From NCBI GenBank assembly GCA_965153355.1, contig OZ231126.1:1922001-1986000 (forward strand): DNA of 64,000 nucleotides. Direction: 5' to 3'. The position numbers and the translations under genes are program-made. Each line of letters opens with the position of its first letter. The first letter of the stretch is position 1. The notes under the pieces were generated by a model. That model had not been told where the DNA came from, searched no databases, and worked only from the letters and a program-made list of their open reading frames with translations. Of the stretch, positions 1-64,000 are shown one piece after another. Source of the stretch: Flaccisagitta enflata (Eukaryota).

Positions 1-230
1 CACAGTGTCTCTCCCCTTTCAACTCCGGACTCTATGAGAGGCTTTGTTTGTCAGTCCATCCATTAGTCTGTTGGTCCGTCTGTCCGTCCAAGAGGAAAAA
101 AAAGTGGTCTAGATGCTTGTGTGTGGGGATTGGGGTGTGGATGGGCGTTGGATGCCCTTGTCCACCTGTCCACAACGTAACCCTGTGTTCCTTGTTTTTC
201 TCTGTTTCTTTCTCTGTCTCTTTCTCCCCC

Positions 231-270
<40 letters not shown>

Positions 271-1175
271 AGCATTTACGACTTTTTTCCTACGGCGATT
301 AGCCGCCTTTATTGGGACATTTCTTAGATTGCCACAGAAGACAGCTATACAGGACAATACAGTAACGTCCACTTTGTCAACCATATTTGCATTTTTACAG
401 ATTGCCACAGAGGAAAACCCGGATTTCTGTTGGGAAAACAAAAGGACAATTTCATTTGGAAAGAAAAGCAACTGAAACAAGGTGCATTATTCAGTAATTG
501 ATTTGATTGGCAGCGCTCGTTATCACTTTTCAGGTTATGATTTACGTGGATGGTTGAAGTCTGCTGAGTTTTCATTCTTTTATTTATGGATGAGCAACTC
601 TATTAGGAGCTTAGTGCTTCGGTCCATTCGTTAATCCGTAGTGCTCGAGTTAAAAAGTGTAGATATGTACATTTTCACTCCCCCTTCCCCTTTTTTAGGT
701 GTGACAAATCACCTCTATAACTGGCCGTGTCCGTTGGTTGGTCTGTCTGTCGGTCGGTTGGTCTGTAACGCATTCGTTCGACGATCCACACGTCGCACCT
801 ATTGGCCTACTTGGCCTTCTTACTTTCCTCTGCAATAACAAAACCCTGTTTAACCTGGATGATTCAAGTCTTCTAAGTTTTAATTCCTTTTACTACGGAT
901 GATCGGGTATCACAATTGGCGCAATAGTTCTTGCAAGTTAAAACCTTTCAAAATGCGAGCATGCAGTTCTTTTAGTTGCTGTGTCAAAAACGGTTTGATT
1001 TTTAGGCTTTTTGAGTCTTTGAGAGTAGCGTCCCAAGCCCAAACCACCAAAATTGCTTCACCGCATGCAAAATTTTCAAAAGTCATCGCATTTGCTGTTT
1101 GTTTGTTTGTTTGTTTGTTTGTTTGTTTGTTTGTTTGTTTGTTTGTTTGTTTGTTTGTTTGTTTATTTTATTCAG

Positions 1176-62728
<61,553 letters not shown>

Positions 62729-64000
62729 GTAAGTACTTCTTTCAAGAACTCCATTGAACAAGGCCGGATACACGGTTGCCCCAGTCGCGTGCGGGTGGGC
62801 AGGGGCCATAATTGAGGTCACCAGATCATTTGGGCAGGAGCAGTAAGGCCAAAAACCGCAAAAAAAAAAAAACAAAAAAGTAAAGTGTGACGGACCGACG
62901 GACGGACCGACGAACGGACAAACCGACGGACCGACGGACGGACCGACAAAGCGGGGTGTAGAGTCGCGTAGCCCGCGACTAAAAATTAGAATTCGAATTT
63001 CTCCAGTTTACTCATTTAAATTGGGTTTTTAGTCGCGTGTTACGCGACTCTACACCCCGCTTTGATGGTCCGTCTATCCAAAAATTGGTCCATCACACTT
63101 TACTTTTTGGGGTATTTGCGGCGGAGCTCCTCACTGCTCCTTCCCAACTGATCATGTGACCCAAAATATGACCCCTGCCCGCTCGCACGCGACTGGGGCA
63201 GCCGTGTATCCGGCCTTGTTCATTTAAGTCTTGGTCTTGAAGCAAATTTCACAGTTACACAATGATTATTTTCGTTTTTGGGTAGTGGCCCCAAAGAACA
63301 GCGGGAATCTGTCTGCCTGTCCGTCTGTCTGTCTTTCCGTCCCCCCCTGCCCCATCATCAGGGCTTTGTCTCCTTTGGGGCCTATTCTGACCCAAATTCT
63401 ACCAAATAGCCCAAATCCAAGCATCTGGCCCAAATCCAGGCAAAATGGCCCAAATTCAATCATAATGGCCCAAGTCCAAGCAAAATGGCCCAAATCTGGC
63501 CAGAAAGCCCCAATTCTGGCCCGAGGTTCATCATTTTGGCCACTTAGACCTGTATTGTGGCCTCTGATACCTAGATTCTGAATAGATTTAAACGATTTTG
63601 CTTGGATTTTGGCCATATTACTTAGATTTGGGCTAAATGGCAGAATTTGGGTCAGAATAGGCCCCAACAGAGACAAAGCCCTGAGGATGGACAAACAAAT
63701 GAACGGATGGACAGACTGACAGACAGATTCCCCCTGTGTTCTACAAGACTTCGTCCACTTCAGGGCCGCTGCCCTGCTCCCCCTTAACTTAAAAACACAC
63801 ACTACTCAAGCAGGGCACGGGTACCGCTGACCACTTGCTGGCTTTTGGCTGTTCTTTTGTGGTAATGAGAGCGTGCATATGAATTGGAATATGTCCCAGA
63901 ACTCAATAATTCACAAGACCAGTTTTGCTTTGTGGGTCTGTCTGTCCGTCCGACTGTCCGTTCATTGCTCCGGCAATCAGTCTATCAAACTGTACTTTTC

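Overview
AT-rich, repeat-dense eukaryotic DNA, probably from an invertebrate animal. Most ORF-track entries are microsatellite or transposon artefacts. Manual splicing gives one + strand gene across the whole window: 41 GT-AG exons (1176-62728), about 4.7 kb of CDS and about 1,570 aa, joining in phase with no stops. The start codon was not found and the 3' end lies beyond the window. The protein appears secreted and is built from at least seven tandem, highly divergent fibrinogen-related (FReD/FBG) domains. At three separate exons, the exon 3' end plus its splice donor has been amplified into a tandem array of 10-13 copies (62-, 86- and 72-bp units). In the 72-bp array, downstream donors could add in-frame 24-aa modules. 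The introns hold many DINE-1/HINE-like and Helitron elements, Tc1/mariner, hAT and Harbinger-like MITEs, two long foldback elements and a minimal hammerhead ribozyme. A 24-kb intron holds a fragmented LINE, a probable BEL/Pao relic and other nested insertions.
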